From Mobula hypostoma (taxonomy: Eukaryota): a stretch of 64,000 nucleotides of DNA. The notes beneath the pieces were generated by a model. That model searched no databases, was not told the origin of the DNA, and saw nothing but the letters and a program-made list of their open reading frames with translations. The stretch spans positions 79,920,001 to 79,984,000 of the forward strand of contig NC_086108.1 in the NCBI RefSeq assembly GCF_963921235.1. The letters run 5' to 3'. Shown here piece after piece: positions 1 to 12,189 of the stretch. Position numbers and translations under genes: made by a program. The stretch's first letter is position 1; every line of letters begins with the position of its first letter.

Positions 1-847
1 TAAAACTGTAGTTAATTTTCATTGTCATCTTTGTGTTGAAGAAGTAGGAATCATTGTGTCAGCAGAGTGAGATACCCTTAGATCCTTCGGGACTCTCTCT
101 CTACTGGAAATGCACTGTGTGAAATAGAACTTTTACATTTCTCAGTTACAACTTCTATGTGGCTCAGTTTTATACAGTCACACACTGAGCATGAGCATAG
201 TGTCCAATGAAAGTCTTCAGAATGGTCAAAACACCATCCGTTAGTGGCTCCAAAATGGATGCCTGAACAATCTAAGAAGGACCTGGGCAATCCCACTTTC
301 ACTTGGAATTTAAGTGCAATCCTTTACGTAAATGGAAATATTCTTCATATCTAAAACACTGCTCATGAAGTGATGAAAGAACTATGAAAATTATAACACT
401 TCTTTTGGTTAACATGGAGAGGGATATGGTGTTCTTACACTATGTTCCTCTGTTCACGTACTTCAATTTTTAAGAACATTGTGTGTATTTTTTTGAGACT
501 GTCAACCTTCTGAGCATTCCCAGTGTCTTGGGTGAGGGGTACAGAGAACAGCCATTAGGCTGTCGGCAGAAAGACTATATAATTAATCAAAGAAACAAGC
601 AGCTAACAATCAGAGGCTAAAAATTTTAAATGTTTCTCTATGACCCCGATCCTGTTTCAGATAACATAGGCCCTTGCTTCTCAATCTCTCCTCTAATGAC
701 AATCCTAGTATTCAACCTAGAGAATTTTCATTGATCCCTTTTAAAGTAAGCATATCCTTCCTTCAGCATGGCGCCAAAACTGTCCACAAAACTCTGTGTG
801 TGCAGTTACCAAAGCTATACAATTGCAAGCAGGCTTCTTACTTCTTA

Positions 848-1076
848 CAACACACAAAAAATGCTGGTGGAACGCAGCAGGCCAGGCAGCATCTATAGGA
901 AGAAGTACAGTCGACGTTTCGGGCCCAGACCCTTTCCTCAAGACCTGACAAAGGGTCTCGGCCCGAAATGTCGACTGTACTTCTTCCTATGGATGCTGCC
1001 TGGCCTGCTGCGTTCCACCAGCATTTTGTGTGTGTTGCTTGAATTTCCAGCATCCGTAGATTTCCTCGTGTTTGCG
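848..1076. mobile_element. Fold-back Penelope-terminus-derived insertion
   Basis: ~90-bp inverted arms; TSD ttcttact(t/g)ctta at 835-847 and 1077-1089; same sequence as the PLE 3' end at 2236-2369. Confidence 0.85.
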
Positions 1077-1195
1077 TTCTTACTGCTTAGTTGCAGTAGA
1101 GACCAAAATACCAATTGCTTGGTGTGTTAGCAGTTCAAATAATTATTTTCCTGACTTATATGTTCAAAGTTGAAAGTAAATTTATTATCAAAGTA

Positions 1196-2369
1196 CTGAA
1201 TGGGAGTGATGAGGGAGGTGTAGGGGCAGGTGTGGCACTTGTTCCACTTGCAAGATTAAGAACCAGGAGGGAGATCAGTGGGGAGGGACGAATGGGCTAG
1301 GGAGTTGCGTAGGGAGGGAAAGATGTGATTGGGTGTGGGATCCAGATCAGCATTTAAGTTTCTCGATTCGGACCCTCTAAGGAACGCAGGTACTCACATT
1401 CAATTGACTGCTTCTCCTGTCGAGTGACCATCCCCACCAACAAGCACATCCTTCCCTACCCCTCCCAACTTTCTGCTTTCTGCAGGGATTGCTCCCTACG
1501 CAACACCCTTGTCCATTCATCCCTCCCCACTGATCTCCCTCCTTGCAATTGGAACAAATGCCACAGCTTCCCCAACACTTTCTCCCTCACTACCCTTGAG
1601 GGCCCCAAACAGTCCTTCCAGGTGAAGCAACACTTCACCTATGAGTCTGTTGGTGTCATCTACTGTATCCAGTGCTCCTGATGTGCTCTCCTGTATATTG
1701 ATGAGACCTGACATAGATTAGGAGACAGCGTGGCGAGCACCTATGCTCTGTCTGCCAGAAAAAACAGAATCTCCTGACGGCCACCTATTTCAATTCTACT
1801 TCCCATTCCCATTCCAACGCGTCAGTTCATGGCCTCCTCTACAGCTGCGATGAGGCCACACTCAGGTTGGAGGACAAAAAAAACTTATATTCCATTTGGG
1901 TAGCTTCCAACCTGATGGCATGAACATTGATTTCTCAAACTTCCATTAATTGCTCCCCCCTTCACTATTCCCCATTCCCATTCCCTTCTCTCACCCTATC
2001 TGCTTACCTGCCCATCACCTCCCTCCGGTATTCCTCCCCGTTCCCTTTCTTCCTTGTCCTTCTGTTCTCTCCTATCGGATACCCCCTCTCCAGCCCTTTA
2101 TCTCTTTCACCAGTCGACTTCCCAGCTCCTTACTTCACCCCTTCCCCTCTCCCGGCTTCTCCTATCGCCTACTGCTGTGTACTTCTTCCTCCCCTCCTCC
2201 CACCTTCTTACCCTGACTTTTTAATCTCTTTTTTCCCGTGCTGATGAAGGGTCCTGGCCCAAAACGTCGACTGTTTACTCTTTTCCACAGATGCTGCCTG
2301 GCCTGCTGAGTTCATCCAGAATTTTGTGCGTGTTACCTTGATTTCCAGCATCTGCAGATTTTCTCTTGT
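1196..2369 (+). mobile_element. Decayed Penelope-like element (GIY-YIG remnant, 3' terminal repeat, inverted 5' piece)
   Basis: GPKQSFQVKQHFTYESVGVIYCIQCS*CALLYIDET matches the PLE GIY-YIG pattern; ~1196-1345 is an inverted partial copy of ~1430-1600; pyrimidine-rich tract then terminal repeat. Confidence 0.8.
2236..2273 (+). ncRNA. Degenerate minimal hammerhead ribozyme motif at PLE terminus
   Basis: CTGATGA-A-GGGTCCTGGCCC-aAAACGTC-GACTG; G of GAAA changed to A at a CpG. Confidence 0.6.
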
Positions 2370-2804
2370 ATGACACTGAGTAATTTAACATTGCTGACCC
2401 TCTCCACCTCTGATCCTCGAATGACGATGGGCTCACGGACCTCTGGTTTTCTCCTCCTGAAGTCAATAATGAGCTCCTTGCTCTGGCTGACTTTGGGTTA
2501 AAGGTCATGGCACTGCTCAGCTAGATTTTCAATCTTACTCCTATATGCTGATTCATCACCACCTTGAATTCGGCCCACAATAGTGGTGTCATCAGTAAAC
2601 TTGACTAAAACATAGGAGCTGTGCTTAGCCACACTGTCGTAAGTGCAAAGCAAGTGGAGCAGGGGTCTAAGCACACAGCCTTGTGGTGCACCTGTGCTGA
2701 TGGAGATTGTGGAGGAGATGTTGTTGCCATTCTGAATTGACTGGGGTGTGCAATTAGGAAATCGAGGTTTCAGTTGCACAGGGAGGTATTGAGACCTAGG
2801 TATT

Positions 2805-3026
2805 CGTAAACACAAAATAATCTGCAGATGCTGGGGTCAAAGCAACACTCACAACATGCTGGAGGAACTCAGCAGGTCGGGCAGCATCCGTGGAAAAGAT
2901 TGGTCGATGTTTCGGGCCGGAACCCTTCGTCAGGGTTGTCCTAATGAAGGGTTCCAGCCCGAAACATTGACCGATCTTTTCCATGGATGCTGCCCAACCT
3001 ACTGAGTTCCTCCAGCATGTTGTGAG
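2805..3026. mobile_element. Fold-back Penelope-terminus-derived insertion nested in a LINE
   Basis: Inverted arms; perfect 15-bp TSD tgagacctaggtatt at 2790-2804 and 3027-3041. Confidence 0.85.
2901..2938 (-). ncRNA. Minimal hammerhead ribozyme motif, core boxes intact
   Basis: Minus strand CTGACGA-A-GGGTTCCGGCCC-GAAACATC-GACC; stem I 5' strand disrupted and GTC changed to ATC. Confidence 0.6.
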
Positions 3027-3125
3027 TGAGACCTAGGTATTGAAGTTTATTGATTAGATTTGAGGGGATGATGGTATTAAATGCCGAGCTGTAGAGCTAA
3101 AAACCATCCTGTTGTATGTACCTTT

Positions 3126-4425
3126 GAAACTCTTTGAGGAAATAATAGGCAGGATAGACAACGGAGAGACAGTGGATGCTGTTTACTTAGATTTTCAGAA
3201 GGCTTTTAACAAGTTACCGCACATGAGGCTGCTTAACAAGATAAGAGCCCATGGTGTTACAGGAAAGATATTGGCATGGTTAGAAGATTGACTGACTGGC
3301 AAGTGGCAAGGAGTTGGAATAAAGGGGGCCTATTTTGGCTGGACGTCAGTGACTAGTGGTGTTCTGCAGGGGTTGGTATTGCAACTGCTCCTTTCACATT
3401 ACAGGTCAATAATCTGGATGATGGATGTCGGAATTGATGGCTTTGTAGCAAAGTCTGCAGATGATACAAAAATAGGTGGAGGGGTTGTAGTGTTGAGGAA
3501 GCAGGAAGTCTGCAGAAGGACTTGGATAGTTAGGGAAAATGGCAAAGAAGTGGCAGATGGAATATAGTGTAGGGAATTGCATGGTCATGCACTTTGGTAG
3601 ATGCAATAAAAGCATTGACTCTTTTCTAAGTGTGGAGAAAATTCAAAAATCAGAGGTGCAAAGGGACTTGGGAGTTCTTGTGCAGAGAAAGGTTCCAGCC
3701 CAAAACGTTGACTGATCGTTTCCACGGATGCTGCCCGACCTGCTGAGTTCCTCCAGCGTGTTGTGAGTGTTCCCTAATGATTAATTTGCTGGTTGAGTCG
3801 GTGGTGAGGAAGGCAAATGTAACATTAGCATTCATTTCGAGAGGACTAGAATATAAATGCAAAGATGCGATGCTGATGTTTTATAAGGCACTGGTCAGAC
3901 CACACTTTGTGCTTTATGAGCATTTTTGGACCCCTCATCTAAGAAAAGATCTTTTGGCATTGGAGAAGGTCTAGAAGAAGTTCAGGAGAATGATTCCAGG
4001 AATGAGAGGGTTAACACATGAGGTGTGTTTGATGGTCCTCGGCCTATACTGGAATTTAGAAGAATGAAGCCGAGATCTCATTGAAACCTCTTTAATATTG
4101 AAAGGTCTAGATAGAGTGGATGTGGAAAAGATGTTTCTTATGGTGGGTGTGAGTCTAGGACTAGAGGGCACAGCCTCAGAATAGAGGAATGTCTATTTAG
4201 AACAAAGGTGAGAAGTAATTTCTTTAGCCAGATGGTAGTGAAACTGTGGAATTCATTGCCACGGATGGCAGTGGATGCCAAGTCATTGAATATAACTAAC
4301 GCAGAGGTTGTTAGATTCTTGGTTAATGAGAGAAGGCAGGAGAATGGCACTGAGAGGGATAATGGAATGGCAGAGAAAACTCGATGGGCTGAGTGCCCTC
4401 ATTCTGCTCCTATGTCTTATGATCA
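3126..4425 (+). mobile_element. Decayed CR1 LINE (RT to 3' end) with a PLE-terminus fragment at ~3685-3771
   Basis: YLDFQKAF.K, TSGVLQG, KSADDTKIGG, YKALVRPH and NFFSQ.VV.LWNSLP motifs; frameshifts. Confidence 0.85.
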
Positions 4426-5880
4426 TATTCTACAAACCAAGCATCCATTTTGGATGATTTCAATTTCCCCATTTCACCAGGCACACACAAACAGCAAAAT
4501 AGGAAGGAGCCTTAAGCAGAAAGGATATTTCCCCGAGCACCTGAAGCCTAAGGAAGCTCAGTACTTTTAAGTGTAAAGCAGTCAGTCAATGAGAGAAGTC
4601 TTCCTCGTGTTTTGAAGTTCCTTTTAAAACAAATGTTAAGTGTGACAATTCTTACAGAGTAAAAGTTAATATCGCCTTGTCTGATAAAGCAGTGATTTGT
4701 AAGTCACGTAAATTCACAAAGAGAACCTGTCAGCCGGTGACAGGTTGGCCAGGTGATGCGTTCTAGTCTCTGTTCGACCATGTGGGCCTCTGGCTGTTCT
4801 ATTGCCGTGCATAAATGTTAATCATTATTTACGAAAATCCACCCTGGATGGCAGGGCGAGCAAGTGTGTCAAACCCTCCCTTTGTCACGTATCACAATAA
4901 GAGCAGAAACAAAGCTGGAAGGAAATGAGGAGCAAAATGAAAGAGTGAAAAAAATAATTACCCAGAGGGAAAATCAGCTAGTTGTCTGAAATCAGGCGCC
5001 ATTCTTCACAGCATAATAATAGTCACTCAGCCTGGCCACCCAAGTAGTAATGATTGGAGATCAAGTGTCAGTCTTTTTGTCGTCTCTCCCCTGCTTTTGT
5101 TTGGAAGCAAATGTTTGAGACTGCAAGCTGGCTCCTTAAAAAAGATTGCAGCACCTAGATTAAACCATCTGCTTTGAAAGAATGTCAAAGCATGTCACTC
5201 ACAGATCTGTTTGTTGGGTTAAATTATGTGGCAAACTGCATTTGCTTGCCTTGGAAGTTAGAGAGTCACTTCACTGTGTCTGGATGTGTGTGGGAAGGCG
5301 GACAAAGTATCCATTTTAAAAAGGTGGATGTCATTGCCATTGCGGGCACGAGGAAACGTGTTCTGCTGCGCAGAATGAGTGTTCGGAGTGATGTTTTCAC
5401 TGTAATCGGTGAAGCTTGATTCCTAGGGCAGGCATTCTAAGCACTTCGCCAGATTCTGCTGCTTGCTTGGACAAGGGAAACCAATGCTGTAGGAAATGTC
5501 AGTCCTGTTCATGCCATACTTTCTCCTCGAACTTTCTGGTCATTCTTTAAAACAAAGAGCTTTCCCATAGATTCCTCAATGTCTCTTGACCATCTCATGC
5601 TCATGGTATGAATTAATGCATTATGGAGGGACTTGGAGAGTATCCACTCTGGGCCAAGGAACTTACATCTACCTTTGAAAGTCAGTTCTAATAGTGAAGA
5701 TATGTTGCGAACAGCACTCAATTTCCTGGGTCAGACTTTTGTATAATTATTCACAGATCCAAAACCAAATTTAGCTAAGTACACTTTGTATTTGATCGGA
5801 AAATTCTCTGTGAGTAAAATTCATAGGGAAGATGCAGTTAAGAGGGAAGTGTTCCAATATAGGTGACAGATATTCCTAAA

Positions 5881-6009
5881 TACAAGAGATTCTGTAAATG
5901 CTGGAAATCCTGAGTTCCTCCAGTAAAATGCTGGAGGAACTCAGCTTGTCAGGTATCATCTATGGAGTGGAACAAGAAGTTGATGTTTTGGGCAAAGCCT
6001 CTTCATCAG
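5881..6009 (-). mobile_element. Short PLE-terminus insertion
   Basis: TSD gacag(a/t)tattcctaaa at 5865-5880 and 6010-6025; internal perfect 14-bp hairpin 5910-5944; degenerate hammerhead motif. Confidence 0.75.
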
Positions 6010-6061
6010 GACAGTTATTCCTAAAGTTTTAGGCAAGTTTCAACAAAGATTCTCCATGAAG

Positions 6062-6807
6062 ACAGAACATTAGTATTAATGGTAAGACTCTTGGCGGTGT
6101 GGAGGATCAGAGAGATCTTATGGTCCAAGTCAAAACTGCTACACAGGTTGACAGTGCTGCTAAGAAGGCGCACGGTGTGTTGGCATTCATCAACCATGGG
6201 ATTGAGTTCAAGAACCATGAGGTAATGTTACAGTTGTATAAGACCTTAGTCAGACGCCACTTGGGGTACAGTGTTCAGTTCTGGTCACCTCACTACAGGA
6301 AGGATGTGGATACTATAGAAAGAGCGCAGAGGAGATTTACAAGGATGCTGCCTGGATTGGAGAACTTGCCTCATGAGAATAGGCTGAGTGAACTCGGCCT
6401 TTTCTCCTTGGAGCGACGGAGTATGAGAGGTGACCTGATAGAGGTGTGCAAGATAATGAGAGGCATTGATCGTGTGGATAGTCAGAGGCTTTTCCCCAGG
6501 GCTGAAATGGTTAGCATGAGAGGGCATAGTTTTAAGGTGCTTGGAAGTAGGTACAGAGGAGATGTCAGGGGTAAGTCTTTCACACAGAGAGTGGTGGGTG
6601 CGAGGAATGCACTGCCGGTGATCATGGTGGAGGCAGATACAATAGGGTCTTTTAAGAGACTCTTAAATAGGTACTGGAGCTTAGAAAAATGGACAGCTAT
6701 GCAGTAGGGTAATTCTAGGCAGTTTCTAGAGTAGGTTACATGGTCAGCACAACATTGTGGGCTGAAGGGCCTGTAATGTGCTGTAGATTTCTATGTTCTA
6801 TGTTCTA
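6062..6807 (+). mobile_element. 5'-truncated CR1 LINE
   Basis: ORF 6099-6707 LQLYKTLVRRHLGYSVQFWSPHYRKD... is the CR1 ORF2 C-terminus; (ttctatg)n tail. Confidence 0.9.
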
Positions 6808-7787
6808 ACTGATAATCTGCTTTACTTAATAGAACATGTTCACCTACTAGTTAGTATTTAGTGCATGGGCATTTGCATCAAGGTGGCCAATGGTCAAATG
6901 GAAAAGGTACAAGAGCTGGGATTGGTCTACTGAGAAGAAGAAAATTGTTTCCTTAGTGTGTCCAAAGAACTTCTTTGCATTGTTCCCACTTGTCACTGAG
7001 AGTTCAGCCTAGAATGATTCCAAGCTTCTATGGCTGTGCTTTGTACATTATTCTTGTTCTACAGAGATTATGTTATGTACTTCTTAACTCTGAAATTTCT
7101 TAAGGTGAAACAGAGACAGGCATCTGAAAACACTGAAAGATTGAGAGATTAAAAAGAATGACAGACGAGCACGAAGGGAAAGGAAGTTCCTTGAGAGGGC
7201 ATAAATCATCAGTAACTCATGGAGTCGCTAAGCGCGTGAATTCCTGTTTGCTGAATGTTGCAGGGTGGAACAAGTCATATGCAGTGGTTGTAAAAGGTCA
7301 CTCCACAAATTTTGTAGCATGCCTAGGGATAGGTGTCGTAGTGGTGCAGGTGTCCTCATGGTGAATGTTGCATCTGTGCGTGTGCATCTGGCCTTCCACT
7401 GACCTGGGTCCTCTGACAGCTCTCCTCCGGACAGCTGGGACAGTGCCCACAAATGCAGTTAATGGCAGGTGTGGCCTGTTAAGCTGCACCAGTTGCTGAT
7501 TACTCAGGGATGTCTTCTTTCATGTGGTACCAACATAAAAACATGGCATGCTGTGAGGGTGTGCTTTTGAGCAGCCATCCTGTATTTCCGAGGCGGAAGA
7601 TTGACAGCGTTGACAAAAGTCGTTTACCAGCAGGCTGTGGTGCAAAAGTTCATGTGGAGGCTCAGGAACACTGAGATTCTGTCTGCGGTCTTGTTCACTT
7701 ATCAGCCAACCAATCAGGGGAGGGCAGGCATTTCAATTGACCTTCAGGCCAGGAGCACTTTCTGAAAATAAGCATTCACATTGAATA

Positions 7788-9601
7788 CATAGAAACATAG
7801 AAAACATAGAAAACCTACAGCACAATACAGGCCCTTCAGCCCACAAAGCTGTGCTGAGCATGTCCCTACCTTAGAACTACCTAGGCTTTATGCTTAGCTC
7901 TCTATTTTTCTAAGCTCCATGTACCCAGGAGTCTCTTAAAAGACCCTAGCATTTCCAACTCCACCACCGCCGCCGGCAGCCCATTCCACGCACTCAGCAA
8001 CCTCTGAGTGAAAAACTTACCCCTGACATCTCCTCTGTACCTGCTTCCAAGCACCTTAAAACTATGCCCTCTCGTTCTAGGCATTTCAGCCTCTATCAGG
8101 TCAACTCTCATCCTCCATCGCTCCAAGGAGAAAAGGCCGAGTTCACTCAACCTATTCTCGTAGGGCATGCTCCCCAATCCAGGCAGCATCCTTGAAAATC
8201 TCCTCTGCACCCTTTCTATGGTTTTCACATCCTTCCTGTAGTGAGGCAACCAGAACTGAACACAACACTCCAAGTGGGGTCTGACCAGGGTCCTATATAG
8301 CTGTATCATTACCTCGCGGCTCTTAAACTCAATCCCACAATTGATGAAGGACAAAGCACCGTACGCCTTCTAAACTGCAGAGACAACCTGCGCAGCTGCT
8401 TTGAGTGTCCTATGGACTCCCTCTGATCCTCTATGCTGCCAAGAGTCTTACCATTAATGCTATATTCTTCCATCATATTTGACCTACCAAAATGAACCAC
8501 CTCACACTTATCTGGGTTGAACTCCATCTGCCACTTCTCAGCCCAGTTTTGCATCCTATCAATGTCCCTCTGTAACCTCTGACAACCCTCCACACTATCC
8601 ACAACACCCCCAACCTTTGTGTCATCAGCAAATTTACTAACCCATCCCTCCACTTCCCCATCCAAATCATTTATAAAAATCACAAAGAGTAGGGGTCCCA
8701 GAACAGATCCCTGAGGCAGACCACTGGTCACCAAACAGCATGCAGAATATGACCCACCTACAACCACTCTTTGCCTTCTGTGGGCAAGCCAGTTCTTTAT
8801 CCGCAAAGCAATTTCCTCTTGGATCCCATGCCTCCTTACTTTCTCAATAAGCCATGCATAGGGTACCTTATCAAATGCCTTGCTGAAATCCTTATACACT
8901 ACATCTACGGCTCTACCTTCATCAATGTGTTTAGTCACCTCCTCAAAAAATTCAGTCAGGCTCGTAAGGCATGACCTGCCTTTGACAAAGCCATGCTGAC
9001 TATTCCTAATCATATTATACTTCTCCAAATGTTCATAACTCCTGCCTCTCAGGATCTTCTCCATCAACTTACTAACCACTGAAGTAAGACTCACTGGCCT
9101 ATAATTTCCTGGGCTATCCTGTCATACTTGACTGGTCCTATTCTCTCACGTCTTATCCTCTTGCTCTTCACATAGTTGTAGAATGCCTTGGGGTTTCCCT
9201 TAATCCTGTCTGCCAAGGCCTTCTCATGGTCCATTCTGGCTCTCCTAATTTCATTCTTAAGCTCCTTCCTGCTAGTCTTATAATCTTCAAGACTCCTATC
9301 ATTACCTAGTTTTTGAACCTTTCGTAAACTCTTCTTTTCTTCTTGACTAGATTTACAATAGCCTTTGTACACCATGGATCTTGTACCCTACCATCCTTTC
9401 CATGTCTCATTGGAACGTACCTACTCAGAACCCCACGCAAATACCGTCTGAATATTTGCCACATTTCTTCTGTACGTTTCCCTGAGAACATTTGTTTCCA
9501 ATTTATGCTTCCAAGTTCCTGCCTGATAGCCTCATATTTCCCCTTATTCCGATCAAACGTTTCCCTAACTTGTCTGTCCTATCCTTCTCCAATGCTACGG
9601 T
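7788..9601 (-). mobile_element. 5'-truncated CR1 LINE with internal deletions
   Basis: RT motifs QHGFVKGRSCLT, DFSKAFDKV, GLPQGSVLGP, KFADDTK; (catagaaa)n tail on plus; possible TSD aatacat at 7784-7790 and 9602-9608. Confidence 0.92.
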
Positions 9602-12189
9602 AATACATGCATACTGTTGGGTGTAATGGGAAGACATGCTTTGAAAGGCCCAAATCACTTTACCAGCCAAAGATGCACTTACTGTATATGCATAAAAACC
9701 ATCAACCTATTTGCCACCGAGTCTCTGTTGAAAGCCGGGACCGAAGCATCCAATTGCCAATTTGTTGACAGCAAATAGCTATGTGATAATGATCAGATGA
9801 TCTATTTCTAGTGATCTTTGCTAAATGTTAAACATCGGCCAACAGCTCCCCTGCATATTGAAACAGTTGCCATTGAACCTTGTATCTCTCCTGAGCCTTT
9901 GTTTTCAGACTTCTTGGAAGGACAGTATTTCTATCTGTGTACATCCCCCCCCCCCCCTTTTGCTGCACAGTACAGTGTTCAGTTTCCTAGCTTGAAACTT
10001 GAACCTTCAACTATCTGACTCAGGTGAATGCCATAGGCAGTATACAACTGCGAACAGAGGAGAGATGGAATTAACACAGAAACTGCTGGGAAAATCTTAT
10101 CAGCTTCTGTGGAAATATTTCAGCTCCAGGACCCTTCAGTGGGGTTGAGTGGAAGTGCAACCACCCTATTAATAACCTCTGTCCTTCCTTTCCCTTCCCA
10201 GTTTCCCTGGACCTTACAATATGTGATATTTGTGCCTCCCAATTCTAATGAAGGGTTATTGTCCTCCAGAGTCACCTTTGGAGTACTTCGAGAATTTATT
10301 TGACTTTCAAAATTTCAGCATCTGCAGTCTTGCAACCAACGTTAAAGTAAATTTATTGTCAAAGTATGTAAATGTCACCCTGAGATTCATTTTCTTCCAG
10401 GCATTCACAGTAGAACAAAGAAACACAAAGATTGTCAAATGACCAATGTGTCAAAGAAGGCTAACTGTGCAAATACAAAACAAAATGATGAATAAATACA
10501 AACATAGATACATACTACTGAGAACATAAGTTGTAGAGTCCCTGAAAGTGAGTCGATAGTTTGTGGAATCAGTTCAGTGATGGGCTGAGTGAAGTTATCC
10601 ACTCCGGTTCAGGAGACTGATGGTTCCTGAACCACGATGAATGATTAATAGTAATACCTCATACTGCTGCTTAAGAACTTCAACTGTTGCAGGTGCATGC
10701 ACACACATATGTGCACACAATCACACACACACACACTCTCTCTCTAAAGGTCACTAAGAGCTACGCACAAGTGTGACTAACTGAATGTTAATCATGTCAA
10801 TTTATTTTCAGTATATTTTTCCTTCTGCACTGAAGTACCATTGATGTTCTAAGGGTGATGTGTTTGTAGGCTGCATGTCAGCTGTGGGGGGAATGCCAGG
10901 AATGACAGCTAATCCTGCAGTACACACTCGACAACTAATAGAATGCTTCCCAGTAATTATCCACTGCAGCTGTGGAGCAGTTCTGGACAACTGGATGGCA
11001 TGTAGAGGGTATGCGTTGAAAAGGTCACAGGATACCAGATGCAATAACAAAATGCCTGGCAGTGTGCTACAAGCCAATAATCCAATCAGCCAGCAGTGCT
11101 ATAAACCATTATATTGAAGCTTAAGCAGCTTTGGAATGTCAGCTGGGTCTCAGTATTCTACACTGTATTAAGCTGAACTTAGTAAATACTATTATTAAAT
11201 ACTGTTCATTGTGTTTTGTTAGGCCATGTATATGCATCAGAGGAAACAAACTATCTTGGAACCTTGATGGCCAACTATGTACAGTTATCCATGAAAGTTA
11301 TTTTAAAAAAATGTCTGTGGCTGTCTGAATGAGTCCTTTAGCAGGATATCTGAAAATTCAAGTATAGGTAGCTCCAGGTGTACTGTTTCTGGCAGTAGAT
11401 CCATCAAAGACCAGCGCAGGTGCACCTAAAAAACAGTAGGTGATGAAGTGTGGTGATGTCAGAGGTGCTGTCTTTCAGCTGAGGCCTTAAACTGGGGGGC
11501 CTCACCTGCCTCTCAGATTGGTCACAGAGGATCCAAGGACAATACCTTAAGAAATGGTGCTCTGCTCCTCACTGAACCTTCAAACGACTTCACAAATTCA
11601 AACATTTCATACCTATTTACTGTCAAATTGGTTTCTGGATTTCCTAACTTTACAGCAGTCATCGAACTCAAAAAGTATTTTGAGGGTAGTGTGTTGGTTT
11701 GGGATGATTTGAGGACATTAATCATGGTAAATTATTATTATTTTATAGTACATGGCAAATGGATGACTTCCAAACAAACAATTTCACCTGTTTCTCCAGA
11801 ACATATCGTGAATTGGAGAGATGATATCACTTTTGCCAGGCAGCTCATCAAGTATAAAGCTATTTGTTCCTGGGCTCTGGGCGACAATCCATCAAAGAAA
11901 GCACCACTCATGAAGGAGCTCACTGATCAATCAGCTTCTGGTTAAATTTGAAAAACAGATGTTCCATATGTTCTCCCAACATTTCATCCAATCTCACAAA
12001 TGGAATATGGAAGAGATCACTGACTTTGAGAAGTTAGCACTAATAGAGATTGTCCACATTTCACTCCCAGGTATTGCGTTTTCATTCTGGATTCTGAACC
12101 TGAGCTTCACTTTGCCTTCACCCATAACCAACAAAGATCGTCGATGAGACTGCACAGTACAGATCAACTTACAGTGAAGTGCAAGGGAA

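Larger units (their letters stand above)
2375..3125 (-). mobile_element. Rex1/Babar-like LINE reverse-transcriptase fragment, interrupted
   Basis: ISTGAPQGCVLRPLL...VKFTDDTTIVGRI.GGDESAYR in ORF 2498-2815. Confidence 0.75.

Noticed and set aside
848..1076. MITE/DNA transposon or pre-miRNA interpretation of the palindromes
   Set aside because: Arms are asymmetric, TSDs are long and variable, and the sequence equals the 3' terminus of PLE remnants in the window.
6099..9491. ORFs of 150-261 aa as host genes
   Set aside because: They are CR1 ORF2 fragments, truncated and frameshifted.
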